This document shows, piece by piece, positions 30,747-40,745 of a stretch of 64,000 nt of DNA. The number at the start of each line of letters is the position of its first letter. Positions within the stretch are counted from its first letter, which is position 1. A model generated the notes under the pieces. It searched no databases. It was not told the DNA's origin and saw nothing but the letters and a program-made list of their open reading frames with translations. The DNA lies in IMG/VR virus record IMGVR_UViG_3300050343_000191, positions 1-64,000 of that record; one strand, 5' to 3'. The position numbers and the translations under genes are program-made.

Positions 30747-30775
30747 ATTATATAGGAAACGTAAAGTTTTGTCAA
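30747..30775 (-). promoter_or_regulatory. Sigma70-type promoter of hli cluster
   Basis: TTGACA-17-TATAAT. Confidence 0.8.
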
Positions 30776-30813
30776 TACTTATTTTCTTCATATTTGATCA
30801 GAATCTTGAATGA

Positions 30814-31620
30814 TCACTTTCCTTCAAATCCAGGTGGCAATCGTCCAGCATATGGATTGTAATCAAACATATCATTCCAGTTATCAATGTCTGCTGCTTG
30901 ATTTTTCCAAAACTGCCAGAGACCTTCGTAACTGCTCTTATGGAATACATTAATATGAACATCATGAATATCAGATCCTAAAGAAATCTGATATAAAAAT
31001 AAAGGCATAGCAAAAGTATTACCTGAGTTATAAATCAAATCATCAGCAACCGCACGGGGTTTGACACCTTGATCCAGTTTATACTTATCACCACGACAAT
31101 GAAGTTTTACAAGTTTCTCTGCATGATGTCTAGTAATCAGATAACAAGCGGTAGAAAAGTCATTTACAAATCTACGATGCATTTGAACTGTAATCTGAGC
31201 AGGATTAATGATTGCTAACTGAACTACATCATAATCATAAGGAATCTTGGCATAGAAATCTTTCCAAGTAAATCCCCAATGAAATGCTGTAGATATATCA
31301 CAATCATCTTCCATCATCAAGGCACAAGGTGCATCAGTTTCTAAAAACATCTTAATTGCTTTAAGATGAGATGTAACACACCCAACTTCACCTGAAGTCA
31401 TCTGATCTGGATACTTACCCTTAAGGATCTCACCTAGATCATTATCATCTCTACCGTCATAAGCAGAAACACGTTGGTAGTTTTCCACTTCCCAATGTTT
31501 AAACTGCCCCTCCATATATTTCCAACGATCTTCTTTATCATCAAGATTGATAACATAGATTGGAGGAAGACCTCTTAGTTTATGTACAGATTTATTCTTG
31601 TCCATCAGATAACTTGCCAA
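30814..31620 (-). CDS. Glycosyltransferase family 25-like
   Basis: IYVINLD...RVSAYDG...GEVGCVTSHLKA...LMMEDD. Confidence 0.85.
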   Translation of the reverse strand: MASYLMDKNKSVHKLRGLPPIYVINLDDKEDRWKYMEGQFKHWEVENYQRVSAYDGRDDNDLGEILKGKYPDQMTSGEVGCVTSHLKAIKMFLETDAPCALMMEDDCDISTAFHWGFTWKDFYAKIPYDYDVVQLAIINPAQITVQMHRRFVNDFSTACYLITRHHAEKLVKLHCRGDKYKLDQGVKPRAVADDLIYNSGNTFAMPLFLYQISLGSDIHDVHINVFHKSSYEGLWQFWKNQAADIDNWNDMFDYNPYAGRLPPGFEGK

Positions 31621-32411
31621 CCCTTCACATATAGATCTTTAGTATCTTTATCAGAATTATCCTCCCCAAACCACTTAGAAGGCGCTACAACGTCGTCAGA
31701 ATCAGATAACCAAGCACCCCACCAGGAGAAAGAACTATTGGCAATGATATGGTGCTGACACAATGTCATAAGGCACATATCAATATACTGGTCTCCAGAT
31801 TCAGAAACCATAAAACGATCACCCGAAAATAGTTCTTGTTCCTGGCACCATTCAGGATCATCAGAGAAGATAATTACAGGAAGTACTTTATCAAACTTCT
31901 TCAATGCCTTCTTATAATAATCTAATCCAAGAGTAGTATGATTTGGGTTCTTTAGATAATCAGTCCTACGAACGTGAAGTGAGATTGCCTCACCAACATC
32001 TTCAATCATTTCCTTACAAGGTTCCAAGATCTCTGTCTTGAAGGTAAAGTCTTCACAAATTTCTGATTCAATGTTTTTGAAATACTTTTCAGATTGAAAA
32101 AATCCAGCAATAGAAATTTCATCTGGACACATATTAAAAAGAAACTCATCAAAATGAAAGTGCTTCTCTTCTGCTACAGGAGCATATCCACGATCAAGCA
32201 TATGAATGTTCCTAGTTTGAACATTAGACATATTGAAAGGATAAAACAATTCAATTTTCATTTTAAATCCAAAAGGATCGTCAATGACTTGATCGTGATT
32301 TGGAATACAAAAATCTATGCCACGATTTCTAGCGATGCCTCTGAGAGAAGCATACTGGAACATTTGATTTCCAAGTCTACCCAGTCTTCCTAGATGATTA
32401 AACGCTAGCAT
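31605..32411 (-). CDS. Alpha-1,2-fucosyltransferase-like (GT11)
   Basis: GRLGNQMFQYA, SLHVRRTDY, CQHHIIANSSFSWWGAWL. Confidence 0.9.
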   Translation of the reverse strand: MLAFNHLGRLGRLGNQMFQYASLRGIARNRGIDFCIPNHDQVIDDPFGFKMKIELFYPFNMSNVQTRNIHMLDRGYAPVAEEKHFHFDEFLFNMCPDEISIAGFFQSEKYFKNIESEICEDFTFKTEILEPCKEMIEDVGEAISLHVRRTDYLKNPNHTTLGLDYYKKALKKFDKVLPVIIFSDDPEWCQEQELFSGDRFMVSESGDQYIDMCLMTLCQHHIIANSSFSWWGAWLSDSDDVVAPSKWFGEDNSDKDTKDLYVKGWQVI

Positions 32412-33225
32412 TTACTTCACTCCTACGTGTTTTGACATACTCTTGCTTTTCATAATAATCGACAATTGATTTTTTATCAAGCCCTCTCATCCTTTGCCAA
32501 ATTCCCATATTCTCCTGCCACTTTGGATTATGGTAATGAGAATTGAATGTTCTTTCGTGATTGAGATGATAACACATATCATTGACTCTACCAACTCTAG
32601 CACCCATAACTTGAATCCTATACAAGAATTCACAATCTTCTGGACCCCAGGCAAGGAAATTTTCATTCCACATATATGAATCGATCTCAGTTTGTCTACG
32701 AATCATTTGACCCAGACCCATTACAGATGGTGAGATATTACATCCCGATGACAAAACATTCAAATCAAATTTAGATTGTATGAACTCTTTGAACATCTCA
32801 ATCGGATAGTCAACAAGATACTGATAAACACCAACACCATAACAATAGACAGCATCAAACTGCCCACTCTTAATCATATTATATGCTGCCTTATAACTTG
32901 ATACTGGCAACAAATGATCCACATCATAGTTGTAAACAATTTCAGTATCTGCCGCTAAAACTAAATCATTCAGAATTTTAGTCTTATGAAAGAAACTGTC
33001 TTGACATTCCTCAAATCTATGTGTAATTGTTTGAGGAAACTTACCAAATATTTTTTCAAGTGCAGGAATAACCTGCTCTCTAAAAACAGACTTCTTATCG
33101 TTTTCCTGAACAATAATTTTACACTCAGGAAAGTTGTAGGTTAGATACCCAATACTAGTAATGACATTTTTTAATCTATCTTCACTTTCAATCCTACAAG
33201 GCATCAAAAAAGTTAAATCATTCAT
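32398..33225 (-). CDS. Glycosyltransferase (GT-A, galactosyltransferase-like C-terminus)
   Basis: YNYDVD (DxD), WNENFLAWGPEDCEFLYR, YHLNHER. Confidence 0.75.
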   Translation of the reverse strand: MNDLTFLMPCRIESEDRLKNVITSIGYLTYNFPECKIIVQENDKKSVFREQVIPALEKIFGKFPQTITHRFEECQDSFFHKTKILNDLVLAADTEIVYNYDVDHLLPVSSYKAAYNMIKSGQFDAVYCYGVGVYQYLVDYPIEMFKEFIQSKFDLNVLSSGCNISPSVMGLGQMIRRQTEIDSYMWNENFLAWGPEDCEFLYRIQVMGARVGRVNDMCYHLNHERTFNSHYHNPKWQENMGIWQRMRGLDKKSIVDYYEKQEYVKTRRSEVNASV

Positions 33226-34072
33226 ACTCTACCTCAACCCATCCATCTGGAAGGAGATCATCCATATTGTAGTTTTCATAGAAATTACCAAACCAAGGAT
33301 TTGGTGCAACAATTGGTTGCCTTTTATTCTTCATCAACCAAGCACCCCACCAACTCATTGTACTGTTTGCAAGGATACCACCCTCACATAAGGTCATCAT
33401 ACATAAATCAAAATAAGGGATAAGTGAGTTTTGTCTACCAAACAACGTATCGCTTGTTTGTGGATACTTTTCTGTGTATTCGGAAAGCATAAACCTATCA
33501 CCAGAGAATAGTTCTTGTTCCTGACACCATGCTATATCATCAGAGAAAACAAGAACCGTAGAATCCTCTGAGAACAGTTCTAATGCTTTCTCATAGTATG
33601 ACATAGGAATCAGAGGGTGGGCAGCAGTATGAACTGCATAGTCCCCTCTACGAACGTGTAGGAAGACGGGATTATCAAACTGCTCAACCACTTCAGAACA
33701 AGGTTCCAAAATCTCATCCTTGAAAGTATAGTCACCTCTAATTGTATCTTCAATATTCAAAAAATACTTTTGAGTAGTAAAGTGATCATGAAGATTTACA
33801 TTATCAGGACAACCATCAAAGAAGTCTTGTGCAAAATGAAACTGTCCTGTTTGAATGCTTTGAGCACTAAGTTGCCCAAAGTTTTTATCTTCCACAGAAG
33901 ACATTCTGAAGCAATCAAACAATCCATAGTTTGAATCTCCATAATTGTCTGGAGAAGGAATCAACCAATCAAATCCACGATTAGCAGCAACTCCTCTTAG
34001 TCCTGCATACTGAAACATCTGATTTCCCAGACGACCATTTGATCCTAAACGATTATAACTAATGGTCATCAC
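33218..34072 (-). CDS. Second GT11 fucosyltransferase-like protein
   Basis: GRLGNQMFQYA, LHVRRGDY, ILANSTMSWWGAWL. Confidence 0.88.
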   Translation of the reverse strand: MMTISYNRLGSNGRLGNQMFQYAGLRGVAANRGFDWLIPSPDNYGDSNYGLFDCFRMSSVEDKNFGQLSAQSIQTGQFHFAQDFFDGCPDNVNLHDHFTTQKYFLNIEDTIRGDYTFKDEILEPCSEVVEQFDNPVFLHVRRGDYAVHTAAHPLIPMSYYEKALELFSEDSTVLVFSDDIAWCQEQELFSGDRFMLSEYTEKYPQTSDTLFGRQNSLIPYFDLCMMTLCEGGILANSTMSWWGAWLMKNKRQPIVAPNPWFGNFYENYNMDDLLPDGWVEVEYE

Positions 34073-34689
34073 TTCCTCCTAATATAAAGAGCATCTCCCC
34101 AGATGCCACCAGACCAAACAGTTTCAACTCTGTCCATGTCATAGTTGGCAAGATACTCATCTAACTCTTCGATATAAGCATTGTTTTCATAAACCTCATC
34201 ACGATTTACTTCACAATAAACATAATCAATATGATTCAAAGTTTCAGTACCACCTTTTAAAACTTCAAGTTCATACCCCTGAACATCCATATTGATGAAA
34301 TTGAATTCTTCAGTCTCATCACTATAACTATCTAACCGCATCATATCAACTTCTTCAGTTCCTTCAAAAAGAACTGTAGGATGGTTTTGTATGTGCTTCA
34401 TAGGTCTAAGAATAGAACTACTCATCTGCTCATTATTACTAAGGTACATTGTTACCCTTTTTTCTTCATTGCCAAGAGCAACTTGATGACCAGAAATATT
34501 TGCATTCATTTCAGCAAGATTTTCTGCAAGGATTTCAAAATTAGCAGTCAGTGGTTCAAACAATATAATATCTTGAATACCACCATCAATGTAGTCAGAA
34601 ATCTCTTGACCCCTATGAGCACCAATATGGATGATACCTTTGATATCCATATTATATTTTTCTTGAATGTTTCTAAAACTGAATAGCAT
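34069..34689 (-). CDS. FkbM-family methyltransferase
   Basis: IIHIGAHRG...FEP...INMDVQGYELEVLKG. Confidence 0.88.
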   Translation of the reverse strand: MLFSFRNIQEKYNMDIKGIIHIGAHRGQEISDYIDGGIQDIILFEPLTANFEILAENLAEMNANISGHQVALGNEEKRVTMYLSNNEQMSSSILRPMKHIQNHPTVLFEGTEEVDMMRLDSYSDETEEFNFINMDVQGYELEVLKGGTETLNHIDYVYCEVNRDEVYENNAYIEELDEYLANYDMDRVETVWSGGIWGDALYIRRK

Positions 34690-34691
34690 GA

Positions 34692-35507
34692 TTATTGCAA
34701 ATAGGTTTTGTAAATGTTATCTTCATTAATTAATTGATCTCTGACAATCTCAAGATTTTCTTTCACAGCATCAATTTTATCATAGTACATTTCGGAAGTC
34801 AATTTAGATACATCAAAGTTATCTGTCAAGGTGATGATTCCATCTGGATTAAAGAACTTATCAATATCAGGAGCACCATAGTAAATTGGTATTGTTCCAG
34901 TAGAAAAACAATCTTGAACCTTTTCAGTAAAGTAGGATTCATATGATGCGTTTTCAATAGCAACAGAAAACATATAGTCAGATAATCCCTCTTCCTTAGA
35001 TTCAATATCATTGAATCCACGTCCATAAAAATCAACTGACCCCTGAAGTTTTTGTGCCCAAGAAAGTCTGTTTTGATGTCCAGCACACATAACTTTATTT
35101 GAACAAATCATTGAGACTAATTTAGTCTTCTCATAAAGTTTTGGTTCTGGTATCCAACTCCCATAAAGAGGGGCATACTTAAACTTGCGATGCAAGTCAA
35201 GCATTTCTTTATTATGTGTGAAGATGGCATCAAAAATTCTAACATAATGAAGGTAGTTTCTTTTTACATCTTCATATACATTTGGTTTTATTTCTTTTGA
35301 TTCCAATAATAAAGCATACTTCTTTATGCTAGTATCGTCATCAAATGCCATTCCAATATTTTCATCAATATAAAAAGTATCCTCTGCTCCAGAGTCTACC
35401 CAATCAATAAACTTTGATTCTTGTTTATAAATTGATGATCCTTTATTCCCTCTTTCATAATGATTGAATCCTCCACCAATCAAATTGTATTTCTTTTTGG
35501 TACCCAT
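34692..35507 (-). CDS. GT10-like fucosyltransferase
   Basis: YMFSVAIEN...YFTEKVQDCF..GTIPIYYG. Confidence 0.75.
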   Translation of the reverse strand: MGTKKKYNLIGGGFNHYERGNKGSSIYKQESKFIDWVDSGAEDTFYIDENIGMAFDDDTSIKKYALLLESKEIKPNVYEDVKRNYLHYVRIFDAIFTHNKEMLDLHRKFKYAPLYGSWIPEPKLYEKTKLVSMICSNKVMCAGHQNRLSWAQKLQGSVDFYGRGFNDIESKEEGLSDYMFSVAIENASYESYFTEKVQDCFSTGTIPIYYGAPDIDKFFNPDGIITLTDNFDVSKLTSEMYYDKIDAVKENLEIVRDQLINEDNIYKTYLQ

Positions 35508-35519
35508 AAATAATAAAGA

Positions 35520-36203
35520 TTGAAGAATAGTATGAAGGTTTTGTCATTTTCATTATGGGGGGATAACCCCAAGTACACTGTCGGCGCAATGAAAAACTCA
35601 GAACTTGCTAAAGAGTTTTACCCAGATTGGGAGATGCGTCTATATCATAATGATTCTGTACCTGACTATGTATTAGAGGACTTAGAAAGCAATAATGTAA
35701 CTCTAGTCAATACAGAACAAGATCTAACTCACTGGAATGCACTCTGGAGATTTATGCCAGTCTCTGAAGATATTGAGTGTATGATATCCAGAGATTGTGA
35801 CTCTCGCCTCTTTGAAAGAGACGTTGCAGCAGTTAATGAGTGGTTAGAATCTGGCAAGATGTTCCACATCATTAGAGATCATCCAGGTGGTCATATGTGG
35901 GAGATTAACGCTGGTATGTGGGGTTGTAGAGGTGGTTTCATATTAGATATCAAAAATCAGATCGAAGACTATATGGCAAGTCGTTCTGACTTTGATAGAT
36001 CTATTGATCAATGCTTCTTGAGAGATGTCATCTATCCAAAAGCAAAAGAAAGTCTATTTTCCCACGATGAATACTTTGGATTTGAACCATCTACACGTAT
36101 CAAAAGAGATCGTAAATTAGATAACTATGCTTTCATTGGAGAACCATTCGATGAGAACGATAATCAAATTCACAATCATAGAGATATGATCGCTCAAAGA
36201 TAG
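35520..36203 (+). CDS. Putative glycan-modifying protein on the opposite strand; likely start ATG 35532
   Basis: KVLSFSLWGDNPKY...WRF...ISRDCDSR...AAVNEWLESG..FHIIRDHP...INAGMWG...DQCFL. Confidence 0.8.
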   Translation: MKNSMKVLSFSLWGDNPKYTVGAMKNSELAKEFYPDWEMRLYHNDSVPDYVLEDLESNNVTLVNTEQDLTHWNALWRFMPVSEDIECMISRDCDSRLFERDVAAVNEWLESGKMFHIIRDHPGGHMWEINAGMWGCRGGFILDIKNQIEDYMASRSDFDRSIDQCFLRDVIYPKAKESLFSHDEYFGFEPSTRIKRDRKLDNYAFIGEPFDENDNQIHNHRDMIAQR

Positions 36204-36904
36204 TCAAGACCTTCTGGCAAAATTTTCTGCTGATGTAATGCCATATTGTTATTATAGATGACACCATCATTTGGATGAGGTGTTGCAACTTTAGATGTAG
36301 GTAAGGAGCAAACACGAATATTACACAGATCTTTTACTGTGTATCCAAAGTTATATGCACGGTGTGCCATATCACCATCAGCACAATAGTACTTATATTC
36401 AGGGTTGTACATTCCAATCTCCCTGAATATTTTTTTATGATAGAGACCGTAGTTCATAACAATCTCTGTACCACCATCAGGTATCGTATTACAAAGACAC
36501 CATCCTTTAGTGTGGTCAGTTCCTTCTAACCAAACGGGATTATTAACATCCTCGTATGATCCGTACTTCCAATTAAAAAGATAGAAGTCGTGACCAGACT
36601 GGAGTTCAATAAAAACTTCAGACCATTCGTTTGCAAGAATGACATCATCATTCCATTGACAGATCACTTCGTGAGTTGCTTCCCGAATACCCAAATTCAT
36701 AAAGTGTGGGTATGAACTTCTACCACCAACTTCAATGAGTTTGATCTGTGGATGATTCAACTCTTTAATATAATCGATAGTGCCGTCAGTACTACCACCA
36801 TCTACCAATACAAGTTCAAGTCTTTCATCAGACATTACAGTATTTTGGATCAATGCTGGAAGCATTCCAATCCGATTAAGTGTTCCAGTTACAATACTAA
36901 TCAT
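36194..36904 (-). CDS. Glycosyltransferase family 2
   Basis: MISIVTGTLN...VLVDGGSTDGT...NLGIREA...WNDD...YCADGD. Confidence 0.88.
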   Translation of the reverse strand: MISIVTGTLNRIGMLPALIQNTVMSDERLELVLVDGGSTDGTIDYIKELNHPQIKLIEVGGRSSYPHFMNLGIREATHEVICQWNDDVILANEWSEVFIELQSGHDFYLFNWKYGSYEDVNNPVWLEGTDHTKGWCLCNTIPDGGTEIVMNYGLYHKKIFREIGMYNPEYKYYCADGDMAHRAYNFGYTVKDLCNIRVCSLPTSKVATPHPNDGVIYNNNMALHQQKILPEGLDYL

Positions 36905-37581
36905 CAGTCAATTTCAATAAAAGGATTAAGTCCAACAGAGTTCATACATTCTTCATACTGTCTGACATAGTTGTGTTGATATAAAGTTGGTTTATCTAAT
37001 TTGAAAGAACAAATAAGTTCTTTAAATGAAGACTGCATAAAGTGAACCTCTTCAGCATTCTCAATGAGTGTAAGATAATCAAACACATTAAACTGCTTAT
37101 CGTTCATAACAATCTTGTAATCAGTCCTTACCTTCTCAAGATCAATAGAGAACCCACGCATCGAATCATCGTGAACAAAGACATACTTTTCTCTAGTAGG
37201 ATTTAATGCTTCAATAACTTCATTCTCTTTAGCAAGATCTCTCTCCAAATAGAACTCATCAAATCGAATAGAAAAATCAAGATCTGCCAACTTATAAAAT
37301 GCTTTGTCAAAAGCAAGTTCAGGCATTAGACCACTGAGATCAGAGAATCCAATCTTGATACAATCAACTCCAGTCTTTTGAATGTAAGAATCAATCTGTG
37401 CATCACTTTCAGATCCTATGACTTGAAAGTTATCAAGATCGCGATACATATACTGAACATTCTTTACGTTATGCTTGTAAGCAAACAGCGTGATTGCACC
37501 ATACTCTTTATAAAAATGACGGACCATACCATTGTTAATGATATGATCTCCAAGTCCTAGATGGTGATAGATATACTTCAT
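36904..37581 (-). CDS. Hypothetical protein, glycosyltransferase-like
   Basis: 225 aa starting HHLGLGDHI (GLGD motif), within glycan island. Confidence 0.6.
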   Translation of the reverse strand: MKYIYHHLGLGDHIINNGMVRHFYKEYGAITLFAYKHNVKNVQYMYRDLDNFQVIGSESDAQIDSYIQKTGVDCIKIGFSDLSGLMPELAFDKAFYKLADLDFSIRFDEFYLERDLAKENEVIEALNPTREKYVFVHDDSMRGFSIDLEKVRTDYKIVMNDKQFNVFDYLTLIENAEEVHFMQSSFKELICSFKLDKPTLYQHNYVRQYEECMNSVGLNPFIEID

Positions 37582-38345
37582 GAATTTAAATTAACGATTG
37601 TCTTCTGTGTATTTGCTCCCATAATCAAAGCAAGAAGACTTACATTTGAAAAACTATAGAGAAAGTGCTTACACCTTGAAAGAATGTAGACATTGGACAA
37701 TACTTCCTCATTGACCACATCTCTATCTGATAGTCTATGAAGAGGTGTACCATCTTCACTCATTCTAACTTCATTATCATATAAAAGCAAGTCTCCATAG
37801 CAGGACTTTAACTTATTAAAAAATTTACTATCGTCTGTCGCTAAAAAAATATTATCAATTAAATTAGATTCAAAGTAACTATCAATTTTATCAATTATGT
37901 TATCAATATTTGGTTCTTCAATCTCAGTATTTTTATCAGTTCCTCTTATCTGAACAGCAAGAGTTTTATCCGTAAGTCCAAGACCTTTATATTTGTTCTC
38001 AAATTTCAGCAACTTATCTTTTTTAATTGACAAAATATTTTGAAGGATCATGTTCTTCAGAATCAAATTACTAGGATCAGCAACTGTATGGGCAGAGTAT
38101 TCACTATGATGTAGTTCATTTGAAAAAAATCTTTCCAACCACCAAGATCCAGCATCATACTCGGACTCTCCTTTATGAATAGAATCAAATAATTCTAATG
38201 TCTGAGATTCCACTACTTGACAATCACAATCACCGTAAACAGAATAATGCTCTAACGCTATGTCAATAATGGCACAGACTATAGAGCAAAATCCTTTATA
38301 CGAATAGTTGTACTTGGGATCATTCAGTGTAATTTTAACAGTCAT
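37578..38345 (-). CDS. NodZ/O-fucosyltransferase-like protein
   Basis: AVQIRGTDK, IFLATDD, YILSRCKHFLYSFSNVS. Confidence 0.7.
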   Translation of the reverse strand: MTVKITLNDPKYNYSYKGFCSIVCAIIDIALEHYSVYGDCDCQVVESQTLELFDSIHKGESEYDAGSWWLERFFSNELHHSEYSAHTVADPSNLILKNMILQNILSIKKDKLLKFENKYKGLGLTDKTLAVQIRGTDKNTEIEEPNIDNIIDKIDSYFESNLIDNIFLATDDSKFFNKLKSCYGDLLLYDNEVRMSEDGTPLHRLSDRDVVNEEVLSNVYILSRCKHFLYSFSNVSLLALIMGANTQKTIVNLNS

Positions 38346-38686
38346 AATCCAGTATTTCTATCCAGATTATAAGAATATGCAGTTTTCAGTCCGCTTGGTT
38401 TGATATCATTCACAAGTATTCTTTCTCCATTTGGCATATCATATATGATTTTGTCATACTCAATTTGATTTTCCAAAAAACACTTTTCAGCAATACCCTT
38501 AAACTCACTATGTCTTGCAGTAATGATAAGAACATAATCAGTGTCAGTTATATTCTTATGAAAGAAGTCTTTAATTCCTGGAAGTAAAGTATCCTCTCCA
38601 CACTTATATCCATTATGAATAACAAGAGTACCGTCAAGATCAAAAATCCAAGTCTTATTCAGTCTTGAGAAAATGCTTGTGTCCAT
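38342..38686 (-). CDS. HAD-superfamily phosphatase
   Basis: WIFDLDGTL, ITAR, GERILVNDIKPSG. Confidence 0.8.
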   Translation of the reverse strand: MDTSIFSRLNKTWIFDLDGTLVIHNGYKCGEDTLLPGIKDFFHKNITDTDYVLIITARHSEFKGIAEKCFLENQIEYDKIIYDMPNGERILVNDIKPSGLKTAYSYNLDRNTGL

Positions 38687-40176
38687 AATTCACATCCTTT
38701 ATAAAAAGCGTACATTGCAGCATCAATATCTTCTTTAACATACCCAGTCAGAGATAACCAAATGGTAGCGTTTATTAGAAGCATTTCTTTTTTAGTCATC
38801 CCAGATCTACTAATTACGTAGTCTGACATTTGCTCATATCCATTGGACTTGATTTCAAGATCAACACAATCATTTAATATACTTACTTTGAATTGTTTAG
38901 AATTAATTGAATCGTAGTTTCCAGATACAGAATAATAAAGTTTTGCCCAGTCATATCTTCTATCACCATAAATCTTTGTACTACCAAAGGTTCCACGAGG
39001 ATCAATCAACCATACTTGACAAGTATCATCAACTAGTACATTGCTAAAGGTACAGTCTCCGTGAATAATATTATAAGTTTCAATATTACTGATAGCACTT
39101 ACAATATCTTCAAAATATGAAAGATTGTAGTAAGGATTAATACAGTCCTTTCCATTGATGTTAATAAAAGATCTATGAACCAAAGGAACTATTTTAGAAA
39201 CCTCATCAATCCTTTGATATGGTTTGGAAAAATATACTTGCATACAATCTCCAATATTACCTTCAGTAGAATCAATATTATGAAGTGTATCTAAAGTGTT
39301 ACAATAATTCTCAATTATATCATCTTTTTGATCACTAAGATTCCAAGGATGTTTCCCGTGAATTGTTTGAAGAATTAAAGGATCTGTTGCATATACTTTT
39401 GGAATCTTATCAAATTTTTCATCAACAAACTTATACCAATTCTTTTCATTTTCATGAACTGAAATATATTTCAAGTCAATACAACGTTTGTATACTAAGT
39501 CATCAATAATATCAACTTTATTAAAAAATCTATGATTTGGTCCTTGAGATATGAGTTCTTCATATCTATCTTTCTCACCAACTTCAAAACAATCGTGATT
39601 GTAGAATGTGGAAATATTTTCAGCAGTATATTCTTCAGTTAAAAATCCTCTAACTAAAGATTCTTTCGTTGATAATTTATCAAACTTAGATTTATCCCAA
39701 AAAACAAAGAAACCAGATACTCCACATTCTATAGATGATTCATTCACAAATTCACCATCATACTTCCACCTACAGTTAAATGTATTTGAAAGACCGACAA
39801 GAAGTTCAGTTTCAAGAACAAACTCTTGTTCCTTCTCAAAAAAGAGATCTGACCAAGTAACAATAAAAGGTTTTCCTTCAGGTATAAGGGAAACTGCTTT
39901 CGCAAGACCTCCAGCAGTTCCTGATTCCTCAGTTCTTACAATTTGATAGTCATAGTCACTACCAAAACAATCAAGATAAGAATCAAGAACATCAACTAAG
40001 TGATCTCCAATAATAATAATTTTCCTATCTTTGTACACTTTCATAGTGTTCAAAATCATCGGAATACCATTCACAGGAACTAAACACTTTGGTCTGTTCT
40101 GAACATAGTGTCCCATTCTGGTTCCTTTACCACCAGATTGAATGATTACATATTTAATTTCTTGTGATTGGATCAT
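38659..40176 (-). CDS. Sugar nucleotidyltransferase fused to a phosphotransferase/kinase-like domain
   Basis: N-terminal IQSGGKGTRMG...PKCLVPVNG; C-terminal IIHGDCTFSNVL...LIDPRG...YDWAKL. Confidence 0.8.
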   Translation of the reverse strand: MIQSQEIKYVIIQSGGKGTRMGHYVQNRPKCLVPVNGIPMILNTMKVYKDRKIIIIGDHLVDVLDSYLDCFGSDYDYQIVRTEESGTAGGLAKAVSLIPEGKPFIVTWSDLFFEKEQEFVLETELLVGLSNTFNCRWKYDGEFVNESSIECGVSGFFVFWDKSKFDKLSTKESLVRGFLTEEYTAENISTFYNHDCFEVGEKDRYEELISQGPNHRFFNKVDIIDDLVYKRCIDLKYISVHENEKNWYKFVDEKFDKIPKVYATDPLILQTIHGKHPWNLSDQKDDIIENYCNTLDTLHNIDSTEGNIGDCMQVYFSKPYQRIDEVSKIVPLVHRSFININGKDCINPYYNLSYFEDIVSAISNIETYNIIHGDCTFSNVLVDDTCQVWLIDPRGTFGSTKIYGDRRYDWAKLYYSVSGNYDSINSKQFKVSILNDCVDLEIKSNGYEQMSDYVISRSGMTKKEMLLINATIWLSLTGYVKEDIDAAMYAFYKGCELWTQAFSQD

Positions 40177-40745
40177 TTTAATTTACCGATACTTCCACCA
40201 GGATGATTAAAAACAAATTCTTCTAACTTAAGATTTCTTCTACTCGATATCTCACAAGCAACTGATTGCAAGAACACTGTAAATATTGCAATAGAAGAAG
40301 TTGGTACAATATTTAAATGATCCGCTTCATTATCAACTTGCAAATCAATATCCAGATAAGAATAGTTGCTAGATTCGTTACCTGGATTTGAATGTATTGT
40401 AATTAGTTTACAATTCTTCCTGTTCACACAACGGAGAAAATTAAGCAACTCTTCAGTATTACCACTCTTAGATATTGCTATCACGATATCAGTAGAAGAG
40501 ATAACTCCCATATCTCCGTGAACACTATCAACAGGATTTAAAAAGAAACATGGTAAACCTATAGAAGAAAAAGTTGATGTTGCTTTTGCTGCTACGTGCC
40601 CATTCTTTCCTACACCAGTGAAAAATATTTTACCAGTGCAAGTAAAAAGTAGATCTACAAGTTTATCTGCTTTTTGAGTGTCAAGACTATTATAAGATGT
40701 AGAGATAGAATCTAAGTGTTTTTTAAAGAACTCCGCTACAGACAT
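40173..40745 (-). CDS. SIS-domain sugar-phosphate isomerase (KdsD/KpsF-like, no CBS domain)
   Basis: FTGVGKNGHVAAK..STFSSIG...HGDMG...ISKSGNTEEL...PTSS...HPGG. Confidence 0.85.
   Translation of the reverse strand: MSVAEFFKKHLDSISTSYNSLDTQKADKLVDLLFTCTGKIFFTGVGKNGHVAAKATSTFSSIGLPCFFLNPVDSVHGDMGVISSTDIVIAISKSGNTEELLNFLRCVNRKNCKLITIHSNPGNESSNYSYLDIDLQVDNEADHLNIVPTSSIAIFTVFLQSVACEISSRRNLKLEEFVFNHPGGSIGKLK

Noticed and set aside
35500-36215. Invertase-type inverted repeats flanking the flipped gene
   Set aside because: Only a short direct AAAGAT match was found; there are no convincing inverted repeats and no recombinase in the window.
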